Origin: Frankiales bacterium
GTDB lineage: Bacteria; Actinomycetota; Actinomycetes; Mycobacteriales; SCTD01
DNA: 64,000 nucleotides
Assembly (NCBI GenBank): GCA_025966135.1
Contig: JAOPVP010000035.1
Span: 64,078-128,077, forward strand
Direction: 5' to 3'
A program made the position numbers and the translations under genes. The notes beneath the pieces are model-generated. The model had not been told where the DNA came from, ran no database searches, and saw nothing but the letters and a program-made list of their open reading frames with translations. This document shows positions 8,916-17,600 of this stretch, one piece after another. Numbering within the stretch: position 1 is the stretch's first letter; the number at the start of each line of letters is the position of its first letter.

Positions 8916-10873
8916 GTGTTCCTCAGCTCGGTGATGGTGGTGTTGTTGGCGGTGACTCGCTTGAGCTCGTACTCCGCAAGGAGCCGGCCGTGCAGCTGCT
9001 TGCGTGCGGTCGCTCGGTCAAGCTCTCCTTCGTGGACGAGCAGGAAAACCTGCTTGGCCAGGACGGTGAGCTGCCCGACGACGGCCTCGACGTGCTCGGG
9101 ATCCAGTCGACCGAACGGGGAGTCCATGACGACGGGACCGGTGATCGGGGAGCACTCCTGGAGCGCGCCGATGAGGCTGAGGGCCACGAGGTGCTCGTAG
9201 CCGGCGGAACGGTCCTCGACGGTGTTGCCCTTGCTGTCCAGGATGCGGAGGCCGTACTGGTCGTTGATCGTGAGCTTGGCGAAGTCGACCTCTGCGCGCA
9301 TGTTGCGGAACAGCTTGGAGGCCGTCTCCTGCACGTCCTCCTTGAGCTTGTCGCGGTAGGCGACAACCGCCTGGTCGAACAGTGCCGCGAGCGCTGCGGT
9401 GACCTTCTCGCGGGCAAGGGTCGCGGGGTCGGCGGTGCCGGCGCCGGCGGCCTCGATGGAGGCGCGCAGCTTGTCGATCTGGCCGCCCATGTTGTTGTAG
9501 CTGTTGGTCTGCTCGAGGAAGACCTCCTGCGCCTTCTCGAGCCGAACGGCGAGTTCACTGCCGCGCTTGGCGAGCGCGTTGAGCTCCTCTGCTGGGGTGT
9601 CTCGGAGCTGGTCGTCGAGCTGCTCGAGATCGTCCTTGGTGTCGGCGACTTGAACGTCGAGCTCGCGGTAGGCCCTCTCGAGCGCACGCAGGTCAGCTCG
9701 GGCTTGCTCGTCGACGATGCGGCGGAGCGTCTTGACGCGGGCGGCCGCCGCGTGGACGTGGTCGTTCAGCTCGACCAGGGAGCTGCCGTTGGCCGGTGCC
9801 AGGACCTGCTCGAGGTGGTGACGGTGGGGTTCGTCCAACGGTGACGCGCACGCGGGGCACGCCTGCTCGCCGCTGCCGCGGAAGGTGGTGCTCAGGGCGA
9901 CCGCGACGGTGACCGTCGACAGCCGCTCACGGTCTTGCTCCAGCTCGGCCTCGAGCTCGTCGACGGCTGCAGTGAGGGGATCGACGAGGACGGCCCGCCA
10001 CGCGTTGGCGAGGCCGGCGGCAAACGCGGTCTTCGCCTCCTGATGCCTGTCCTGCAGCTCCTTGAGGCTCTCCCGCATCAGGTCACGACGTCCGAGCAGG
10101 TCCAGCTTGCTCTGCTGCTCTGCGAGCGCCTCTTCAACTTGGCGTGCCTCAACCTGGAGCGTCGCGATGTGCTCGCTCTCGGTGTCCTTGTTCGCCCGGT
10201 AGCTGCTGCGCATGGTCTGCGCCTGTTCCAGGGCTTGTCCGAGTTCGCGGGTACTGCGTTCGCGCTTGGCGGCCTCAGCGATCGCCTTTCCCGCTTCCTC
10301 CGCCAGGGTGCGCATATCTCGCGCCGCGTTAACTACGACCGGAACGCCGAGGACCTTCTCGATCGACTCGCGCAGCGGCGAGCCCGTAGGGGCTTCGTCG
10401 TCGACGAGCCGCTCGTACTGGTCGAGAAGCTCACCATCGAACAGAAAGAACTGCTCGATCTCAGGGGGCATCAGTTCCGCGAGCCGCTTGCTGGTGTCGG
10501 AGGCTGTGAGGGTGACGCCGTCCTTGACGAGCGTGACGTCCTCACTGAGGGCACCGCCCTCGTTCACGATGGAGCGGGTGAGGTCCCAGCGGGAACCCTC
10601 TGCGGTGAAGCCGAGCCGGACCCGGCACGTGACGGCTGCGCCGTCCGCTTCGGCGAGGGCGTCACGGTTTACGAGCCGGTCCGGGGTCACGGCGCGGCTG
10701 CCGCGGCTGCGGGCAGCGCCGGTCCACGCCCACCGGATGGCGTTGAGGAAGCTCGTCTTCCCCTTGCCGTTGCGGCCGTAGACGATGACGACGCCTTCCC
10801 CGTCCGGGAAGGTCATGGTCTGGGTGCCGGCGAAGACACGGAAGTTCGCGACCGTGAGCTCGTGGTACCTCAT
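8912..10873 (-). CDS. DndD/SMC/Rad50-like ABC ATPase with long coiled coil and central CxxC
   Basis: Walker A GRNGKGKTS, signature-like RSAGYEHLVALSL, Walker B/D-loop PVVMDSPFGRLD. Heptad-rich middle region with CPAC at its centre. ATGA overlap with the upstream small gene at 10870-10873. Confidence 0.85.
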   Translation of the reverse strand: MRYHELTVANFRVFAGTQTMTFPDGEGVVIVYGRNGKGKTSFLNAIRWAWTGAARSRGSRAVTPDRLVNRDALAEADGAAVTCRVRLGFTAEGSRWDLTRSIVNEGGALSEDVTLVKDGVTLTASDTSKRLAELMPPEIEQFFLFDGELLDQYERLVDDEAPTGSPLRESIEKVLGVPVVVNAARDMRTLAEEAGKAIAEAAKRERSTRELGQALEQAQTMRSSYRANKDTESEHIATLQVEARQVEEALAEQQSKLDLLGRRDLMRESLKELQDRHQEAKTAFAAGLANAWRAVLVDPLTAAVDELEAELEQDRERLSTVTVAVALSTTFRGSGEQACPACASPLDEPHRHHLEQVLAPANGSSLVELNDHVHAAAARVKTLRRIVDEQARADLRALERAYRELDVQVADTKDDLEQLDDQLRDTPAEELNALAKRGSELAVRLEKAQEVFLEQTNSYNNMGGQIDKLRASIEAAGAGTADPATLAREKVTAALAALFDQAVVAYRDKLKEDVQETASKLFRNMRAEVDFAKLTINDQYGLRILDSKGNTVEDRSAGYEHLVALSLIGALQECSPITGPVVMDSPFGRLDPEHVEAVVGQLTVLAKQVFLLVHEGELDRATARKQLHGRLLAEYELKRVTANNTTITELRNT

Positions 10874-11055
10874 GGTGCTGCCGGCTTGAGGTGCTCCGTG
10901 ATGGCCTGGGTGACTTGGTCCCGCGCGCGCAGACGGTCGTCGTGGCTGGAGGCCTCGATCTCGAGGATCCGGGCGACGAGCTCTGCTGGGAGCTCGGGGA
11001 AGGACCGGGCACGGACGGCTTCCACCGTCTCGCCAAGCGCTCCTAGGTCCCTCAT
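10870..11055 (-). CDS. Small (61 aa) helical protein of unknown function
   Basis: ATG at 11055 is preceded by GAGGAA. An alternative TTG at 11103 would overlap the helicase stop. Wedged between the helicase and the ATPase. Confidence 0.5.
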   Translation of the reverse strand: MRDLGALGETVEAVRARSFPELPAELVARILEIEASSHDDRLRARDQVTQAITEHLKPAAP

Positions 11056-11099
11056 GTGATTCCTCGTTCTCTCGGATGGTCCGCTTCTAGCTGCGGGTG

Positions 11100-13220
11100 T
11101 CAAGCTTCTGCCTCCTCGTCGTCTTCGATGCCGGAATCGAGTTCGGCGTAGAGGCCCGCCAGGTCGATGCCGACGTCGAGGCAGGCCTGTTCGAGCAATA
11201 GTCGGGAGTCCGTGTTCAGGGCGCTGCGGGCGAACTGGCCGGCGCGGGCGAGTTCCCCCCAGACCAGGGCGCGCGTGGTGTCGTCCACCTCGCCAGCCGG
11301 TAGCACGATCAGGTCATAGATGATGGCCAGCGTCTTCGTGCCCGAGGTGCGCAGGACGCGACCGCGCCGCTGGATGAACTCGCGAGGGTTGCGGGAGGAG
11401 GCGGCGATCATGGCGTGGCTGCATTCGGGGATGTCGACGCCCTCGTCAAGACACTTGATCGAGACGACGACCCCGCCGTTCACGCGGAAGTGACGAAGGG
11501 TGGCCTTCTTGTCGGCCTCCATGTCGGAGTGGTAGGTGAGCGTGTCGATGCCGGCGTCACGGAGCCCGGCGGCCACTAGGTCCATCTGGTCGATGTCGTC
11601 GCAGTAGACGAGCCAGTGGTCGCCCGTGGTGTAGTGCGTACACAGCGTTGCGATCACGGTCGGTGCCTTGGCGGCCGCCTTCTTGGCGATGCGTGCTCTC
11701 TGCATGATCATGACTTTGACGGCGGGTCTCTTGAGCGCGTCGGCTCCGCTGCCGCCGGCGGCAATGGCTCTGCCGATCTTGCGGGTCAGCTCCGCCCACT
11801 GCTGCTGCTCTTGGTCGTCGAGCCGGACGGTCTGCGGGTGGTATAGGTAGTTGCAAAGCACGCCGTCTCGCATTGCGTCCTCAAGCGAGTAGCGGTGGAC
11901 GATCCCGCCGAAGTAGTCGAACAGGCGCTCGGTGCCCTCGGGGTCACCGGCACGTTCGGGGGTGGCTGACAGCCCCAGCCGGTAGGGCGTGTCGAGCTGG
12001 AGCAGCCCTGCGTAGGACGGAGCTCCCAGTCGGTGGACCTCATCTCCGACGACCAGCAGCTCGCTCGCCGTCCGAACCTGGCTCAGGAACCGCTCGGAGG
12101 CCGCGGTGGGAGCGACTGCCACGATCACGCGCTGCGTTCGGGTATCGGTGACCCAGGTGCTGAGCTTGTCCTTCCAGTCCACGTTGCCGGCTCCGCACAG
12201 GTGGACCCGCCGGCCAGCCGGGCCGAGCTCTTCGCGCAGTTGCGCGAACCACTGGGTCGCGACGAGCTCGGTGGGGGCAATGACGATGGTGGGGCCGACG
12301 TGCTGGCCGATCACGGTGATGCCGGTGACGGTCTTGCCGGAGCCGGTCGCGTGAGCCAGGATGCCGCGCTTGCCGTTCGCTTCCCACGCGGCGATGCCGG
12401 TGACCTGCTGCTTGCGCAGTGGACGCCCGGTCGGGGTGACCTGGGTGGTGGCGACCCGGTCTTTCACGGCCGCGAGCTCATCGACGATCTCGCGCCAGTC
12501 CGTTCCTTCGGTTGCCTGCTGCAGAACGACCTGGAGGCCCGCGGGGAGGCTAAGAACCTCGATGCCGTGGGCCTGCCCTGCCCACAGGTGGTCGAACCGC
12601 CGTACGGCGTTGCTGACCCTCTTGGCGTCCCGGTCCCCCGCCCAGCTGGGCCAGGCGTCGATGGACTCGACGTTGCCTCGGGCGCTGGACAGTCCCAGGT
12701 AGCTCTCATTGGCCGAGCCCCGAAAGCCGATCGCGTTCCCGACCTTGTCGTGGAACAGACCGACCTTGTCGTGGAACATCCGGCGGTCGCCGGGGTCCTT
12801 CGCGTCTTCGAGCCTGGCCAACTTGACCTCGACGATGCCTGCGGCGACCAGACCGGCGAAGGCCAGGGCGGGCTTGCGGAGTTCGTAGCGACCCAGGAGC
12901 TCGTCGAGCTCGCCGGCGAGCGTGCTGGCGAGTTCAGCGTCGTCCCGGGCCGCGTAGCCGCGGCCGGCGTTTTCGGTGTCCACAGGACTCAATCGCGGGG
13001 AGCAGAGCAGCCGGATCTTTCCGTGACGTTCGACGAAGCCCCGCAAAGCTGGCCAGTACAGCAGGAAGGCTCCGCTGGAGAAGAAGCCGGTGATGCGGTC
13101 GTAGCGATCCGCCCCGCCCATCGCTGGTCCGTAGAAGTCGCTGGCTAAGTCCGAGGCGTCGCTGCTGTAGTCGGGCTCCGGAGTCCACAGGGTGCCGTTC
13201 CACCCCAGGGCCGCGGTCAC
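11100..13220 (-). CDS. PLD-family (HKD) nuclease domain fused to SF2 (ResIII/DEAH) helicase
   Basis: N-terminal FHDKVGLFHDKVGNAIGFRGSANES (HxK...GSxN). Helicase motif I AHATGSGKT and motif II VVGDEVH. C-terminal helicase motifs QRRGRVLR. Confidence 0.9.
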   Translation of the reverse strand: MTAALGWNGTLWTPEPDYSSDASDLASDFYGPAMGGADRYDRITGFFSSGAFLLYWPALRGFVERHGKIRLLCSPRLSPVDTENAGRGYAARDDAELASTLAGELDELLGRYELRKPALAFAGLVAAGIVEVKLARLEDAKDPGDRRMFHDKVGLFHDKVGNAIGFRGSANESYLGLSSARGNVESIDAWPSWAGDRDAKRVSNAVRRFDHLWAGQAHGIEVLSLPAGLQVVLQQATEGTDWREIVDELAAVKDRVATTQVTPTGRPLRKQQVTGIAAWEANGKRGILAHATGSGKTVTGITVIGQHVGPTIVIAPTELVATQWFAQLREELGPAGRRVHLCGAGNVDWKDKLSTWVTDTRTQRVIVAVAPTAASERFLSQVRTASELLVVGDEVHRLGAPSYAGLLQLDTPYRLGLSATPERAGDPEGTERLFDYFGGIVHRYSLEDAMRDGVLCNYLYHPQTVRLDDQEQQQWAELTRKIGRAIAAGGSGADALKRPAVKVMIMQRARIAKKAAAKAPTVIATLCTHYTTGDHWLVYCDDIDQMDLVAAGLRDAGIDTLTYHSDMEADKKATLRHFRVNGGVVVSIKCLDEGVDIPECSHAMIAASSRNPREFIQRRGRVLRTSGTKTLAIIYDLIVLPAGEVDDTTRALVWGELARAGQFARSALNTDSRLLLEQACLDVGIDLAGLYAELDSGIEDDEEAEA

Positions 13221-13227
13221 TGCGGCC

Positions 13228-13836
13228 TCACGTGGTCGTGTCCGCGATCAGTCGGTCTACGGTGCGCTGCCAGCGCAGCTCGAGGGCGCGCTCGAGGTTG
13301 CCCGCGGTAGCGGCGACGACGGTCTCTCGCAGGCCGGAGTTGCGCATCCGTCGCTCCTGCTCGGCCAGCCCCTTGGTCATGGCCGAGTACAGAGTGGAGT
13401 CCAGAACTTGGCAGCCTCGCGAGAAGGCTATGCCGTCGCCGATGTCGTAAACGCCCGCGTCCCAGAGGGCGTAGACCCCGAGGCTCTGCGAGTAGCCGGC
13501 GAGCACGACGAACGCGCCGTTCGACCAGTCGAAGTGCGCGGGCTGCTTGCCGCTGTTGAGCGTGATCTGGATGCGGAACGCGCCCATCTGCCTCTCGGAG
13601 GTGTGAGTCGTAAGGTTGAACAGGTACACGCGCAGGAGGGGCGGCAGCGAGTCCACGGCATGGAGCACGAGCGGCTTGTACAGCGCCGCGTTGGGCGTTG
13701 CTGGCGTGGCTGCGCCCTCGAGGTCGCGGATCATCTGCTGATGCGCCCGGGTCGTGCTCGCGGCAGCCCTGACCCGCGTGGCGCTCAGCTCGACCAGCGA
13801 CTCCATACCTGGCAGCTTCTCGCACTCTGCGCTCAT
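13228..13836 (-). CDS. Hypothetical protein, first gene of the helicase/ATPase operon (possible DNA-recognition module)
   Basis: Clean ORF ending 7 nt before the helicase start. The start is uncertain (TTG 13857, ATG 13836 or ATG 13806). No catalytic motif recognised. Confidence 0.6.
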   Translation of the reverse strand: MSAECEKLPGMESLVELSATRVRAAASTTRAHQQMIRDLEGAATPATPNAALYKPLVLHAVDSLPPLLRVYLFNLTTHTSERQMGAFRIQITLNSGKQPAHFDWSNGAFVVLAGYSQSLGVYALWDAGVYDIGDGIAFSRGCQVLDSTLYSAMTKGLAEQERRMRNSGLRETVVAATAGNLERALELRWQRTVDRLIADTTT

Positions 13837-14430
13837 TGGAAGCGACAACGCGCTCAACGATCAGGACTCGGGCATGCTCCCCAACGTCCCGACTCCAGCG
13901 CAGCGGGCAGGTGGGCCCGTCCCGCGCCTGCCGGGCGGCCTTCCAGCCCCCGTTGTGATCTGTGCCGCCCGGCAAAGACGTGTCAGAGTGCGGGCGGACC
14001 CGGCACAGTGGTCGGCATTACGAAGGACCGGCTCTCGGTGGGCAGCAAGGGCAGCCACCACCGAGGCTCGTCTGGGTACTACAGCAACCAACGTGGCCTC
14101 TTCGAGCTCCGCTCCCGCACGCACGACGCAGCCGCCTGCTTCGCAGCCGAGGAAGGCTGGTGGCTGCATTTGCTGGGACTGGGTGCCCTCGGACCACGAC
14201 GAGGTGGGGTCACGGTCGTCGGGAAGCCGAACCCGCCGTGGAGCGCTCGCTCCGATGAACGCGCCCGTGGTAGAGGCCGTGCGGCCCCAGCCCCTGATAT
14301 CCCAACCAGCCGAGTAGGCGACGGAACAAGACTGACACTGGCGCGATCAAGTTCATCTGACACTGTTCTCGTTACCACGACGTGAAACTTGCAAAGTCCC
14401 CCGACAGACTCACGAGCATGGAGGCGCGAC

Positions 14431-14964
14431 ATGCCGGCAGCGGACCCCCCACGGGTGCTCTGCGCCGTCCTCGCCAGTCCTCCGCTGACCAGCGGGGGAC
14501 GGACCCGCGGCGCGTTGGCGCTCGCAGCCGACCTGCTCGGCTGCGACATCGTCCGCATCGTCAACCTCCTGGCCCTGCCGACGCGCGACCTACCCGAGAT
14601 GTCGGAGGTGGGTGCCGAGGGCGGAGCCTGGGAGGCGGGGCGTCCGGAACTCCTGGCAGGGCTGCAGGCCGGCGATGCACTGTTGGCGGCCTGGGGGGTG
14701 TCGGCTCTGACCGGGGCGGCCCGAGTTCATCATCGGTCACAGGTGGCCTGGCTGGTGGACGCCGCAGCGGAAGTGGGCTGTGATCGGGTGTGGACCGTCG
14801 GACCGCAGCCCCGTCACCCTTCGAGATGGCACCAATACGTCAGTGACCGGCACCGTCGAACGAGCACCGCAGCGACCACGGCGGAACGCCTGGGCGAGGT
14901 ACTCCTGCAGCGCGAGTGGGCGTCGCTTCTGCCTACGGGACCTGCAGCGCACGCTCGAAGATGA
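14431..14964 (+). CDS. DUF1643-like protein
   Basis: ATG at 14431 is preceded by GGAGGCG. Pattern ..RIVNLLALP..ALLAAWG..PRHPSRW resembles DUF1643 as I remember it. Confidence 0.6.
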   Translation: MPAADPPRVLCAVLASPPLTSGGRTRGALALAADLLGCDIVRIVNLLALPTRDLPEMSEVGAEGGAWEAGRPELLAGLQAGDALLAAWGVSALTGAARVHHRSQVAWLVDAAAEVGCDRVWTVGPQPRHPSRWHQYVSDRHRRTSTAATTAERLGEVLLQREWASLLPTGPAAHARR

Positions 14965-15186
14965 GGTCCGTTGGCGCGAAAATCAGTTCGTCGCCGTCCT
15001 GCTTCGAACCTCTTGGTTATAAGCCGGGTGGAGTGCAGCCGCGAGCAGTCGGATGCCCCGGTCAAGTCACGGGCAGCGAGAGCCATCTCGGGTGGTTCGG
15101 CTCGGCGATTCTGTCTTACGAGCAGTCGTAACGTGCTGCGATGTCAAGCACGAGTCCGTCTCATCGCGGGATAGTGCCGGATCGGG

Positions 15187-16551
15187 TCAGCTCGATTCCT
15201 CCAGCAAATCCGCACGTGAGGGTTCCGAGTTCATCTTGGCGCGAGTGGCGATCCGTTCGGCCAGTTCAGCGAGCCGTCCGACGTCGCGTACGCCCTCAGT
15301 CATCTCCGCCTGGGCCGCCTCAAGCGCCGCACGATGCGTTGCAACGGAACCTTCAGGCGCCACAGAGCCAAAGCCGGTGGTTACTGAGACGTGGTCGGGC
15401 TCAACAGCGATGCGCAACGTGTAGCGACCTGGGTACTCCTGGCCCGGCACCTCCCTGGAGACCTGACACACCACTTCCACCAGCGGTCGCCTCTCCAGAC
15501 TCAGCAGTCGGCAGGCGACAAGCGAGTCAAGCAAGTGCGCGCCCTCGAATCGAACAGCGTGCAGAAGCGGACGTCGCGCGTCGGACTCGTCGTCGTCGCC
15601 GGCCTGCTCTCCGACCTTAAACTTGGCGACCGTCAAGTTGAAGTTCTTGAAGCCGCTGGCGGGGAGCCGCGTGTGCAGCAAGTCCAGCAGAAACAAACTC
15701 CCCGGGTTGAGCTGTGGAACGTTGCCCTGCACGTCTGCTGGGACCAAGGACAGCGCCGACGCTGTCGTTACGTCCGCTGCGGTTTCAAGTGCCCGAACCG
15801 CGGCACGAGCCACCAGCGAAGAAGCCCCGGAGACGACCAGCGGGGCCCCGGGGGCGATGCGCACCGATGCATGGTGATTGGTCGGAACCGCGCGGAGGGT
15901 CGGACGCGAGTTGATCTCGTCCAAGTCGGTTTGGTAAGCCTTATACGAACCCGCGAGATTGAATGCGCCTGCGGCGACGCGATCTACAGACTCGAAGACG
16001 AACCACCTGGCCACACCGATACGGATGTAGCGGCCCAGCACGTAGTCCAGTTTGCTAAGGACCTGCTTAGTGACGAGCGGATCGGCCAAAGGGAACAGAC
16101 GACCGACGTGGCCGCGCTCCGGAGGTGGGGCTTCTTCGTTCTGAAGTACGAGACGCGCTACCTCCTCTGAATCCCAGGAGTAGGCGCGTCCAATTCTTGT
16201 CGCCAACACTTCCGCCGAACCGACTGAACGCAATTCACGCTCTTCGGCCAAACGACGCAAGGTGCTGGCCTTGAGACCAATCAATGCCTTCTTGATGACC
16301 TCACGCTCAACCTCGTCAGCGTCGAGGCCGCCGGTGTCCGATTCGACAGCAGGGACCACCTCATCCTCGAGGGCCTCGCGAACGGCAATCGACAGGTAGT
16401 CACTTACATCCGCAGCCAAGCGGATGCTGTCGTCACGACCGCCTTTGGATCGCAGCTGCAGTCCGAAGTTTCGCGCCTCGCTCAGGAGGTCCGAAACCGC
16501 TCGGTCGAGATCCTCTGCATGAAGCACCATGCGGTTCGCCCTAGCCACCAT
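15187..16551 (-). CDS. Hypothetical 454-aa protein with an HeH/SAP/Rho_N-like motif
   Basis: Normal composition. LKASTLRRLAEERELRSVGSAEVLATRI resembles a SAP/Rho-N helix-extension-helix. The start overlaps the upstream gene end by 11 nt. Confidence 0.7.
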   Translation of the reverse strand: MVARANRMVLHAEDLDRAVSDLLSEARNFGLQLRSKGGRDDSIRLAADVSDYLSIAVREALEDEVVPAVESDTGGLDADEVEREVIKKALIGLKASTLRRLAEERELRSVGSAEVLATRIGRAYSWDSEEVARLVLQNEEAPPPERGHVGRLFPLADPLVTKQVLSKLDYVLGRYIRIGVARWFVFESVDRVAAGAFNLAGSYKAYQTDLDEINSRPTLRAVPTNHHASVRIAPGAPLVVSGASSLVARAAVRALETAADVTTASALSLVPADVQGNVPQLNPGSLFLLDLLHTRLPASGFKNFNLTVAKFKVGEQAGDDDESDARRPLLHAVRFEGAHLLDSLVACRLLSLERRPLVEVVCQVSREVPGQEYPGRYTLRIAVEPDHVSVTTGFGSVAPEGSVATHRAALEAAQAEMTEGVRDVGRLAELAERIATRAKMNSEPSRADLLEESS

Positions 16552-16882
16552 CTGTGACCTCCTCCCGCACGAACTGCTGCAGCACGACCCAGCCGGCAGC
16601 AGTGCAGATCTTCCACCATACGTCTGCGTCGGACACTTCCATCGATGCCGTCTTCAGGACGTGCTCCTCCAACTCACCCTCCACATCCAGAGTGGCGGCG
16701 ATGGCCTGAACCAATCCCTCATTGGGAACCTGTCCATCGGGTGAAAACGTCAGCAAGCGAGCTCTGAAGGCTTTGATCGCGGCCGCATAGTCGGCCTTCC
16801 GGAACTCCCGCCGGGCAACCCACTTTTTGAGTCCGAGAACCCGGGCCGTGTCCGCGCAGTGAACGGGGATCCGGACGCCCAC
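16541..16882 (-). CDS. Hypothetical 113-aa protein
   Basis: GTG at 16882 lies 1 nt after the TAA stop of the upstream membrane-protein gene. An alternative TTG is at 16912. Confidence 0.55.
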   Translation of the reverse strand: MGVRIPVHCADTARVLGLKKWVARREFRKADYAAAIKAFRARLLTFSPDGQVPNEGLVQAIAATLDVEGELEEHVLKTASMEVSDADVWWKICTAAGWVVLQQFVREEVTDGG

Positions 16883-16883
16883 G

Positions 16884-17204
16884 TTAGCTCTCGGTCCGGA
16901 GGCCGAGAGCAACCAGCAAGGCGAACACCGGCTGACTCACGATCGCAGCAAGCAGTGCGATCGCAACCAGCTCACTCGTGAAGTCCCCTGGCCAAGGGCA
17001 ATACAGCTGGGACCAAGCAGCTCCAGCGCCGACGGCTACCAACGAAAGAAGGGCCACCACGAGACCTGCAAGCCAACCTGCGGGGAGAGGCAGATTCGGC
17101 AAACGTCGTTGCTGGGAACCCAAGACGTTGAAGATCAGACCTAGCACGGCCAAGAGCAAACTCTCCGTGGAGAGCAACGCAGCGATGGCGTCCGAAGGCG
17201 TCAT
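16884..17204 (-). CDS. Small three-pass membrane protein
   Basis: Three hydrophobic segments (LLLAVLGLIFNVLG, WLAGLVVALLSLVAVGAGAAW, LVAIALLAAIVSQPVFALLVALGL). ATG at 17204 was chosen; the track start at 17303 adds a non-membrane leader. Confidence 0.55.
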   Translation of the reverse strand: MTPSDAIAALLSTESLLLAVLGLIFNVLGSQQRRLPNLPLPAGWLAGLVVALLSLVAVGAGAAWSQLYCPWPGDFTSELVAIALLAAIVSQPVFALLVALGLRTES

Positions 17205-17600
17205 CACTGCACTCGCCACCTGGTCCCCCTCGTCACCCACCCATGGCGAAATCTGCCGGGTGGCAGATCGTAACTTAGGTGGACACATCCATAGGTCCGG
17301 CACGGCTCATGCGTGTCGCGAAGGCGCTTGCTCACCCGCTCAGCCCGCCGAGTGGTGCTGCACCTCCCGACCGACTGGCCCTGGGAAGCGGACTGGACCC
17401 AGATGGCGAACGGCGCTCGGCACGGGCCTCCGGCCGCGGCCTGACCCATCCACCCAGTCCGACCAGGACCAACCGGAACACCACGTGGAGACCACCGGCC
17501 AGCCGGGCCGACAAGCACGCCCTCAACCGGTGAGTACCGCCGCACCTCGCTCAAGCCTCCAACAGATCGGCTGACGGTGGATCCAGGCTGAGGCGGGCGG

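Noticed and set aside
8520-10873. Interpreting the DndD-like/DndE-like pair as a DNA phosphorothioation (Dnd) system
   Set aside because: No dndA (cysteine desulfurase), dndC (PAPS-reductase-like) or dndB is present in the window. The pair is instead embedded with a methyltransferase and a PLD-helicase.
13192-14385. 397-aa + strand ORF spanning the operon start and the 13858-14430 spacer
   Set aside because: Its first part is antisense to the 200-aa gene and the rest is Arg/Gly-rich. No start context supports it.
14995-15015. GGTTCGAAG (T-loop-like) on the minus strand as a possible tRNA or att remnant
   Set aside because: The flanking bases cannot form a T-stem, and no acceptor or anticodon arms could be drawn.
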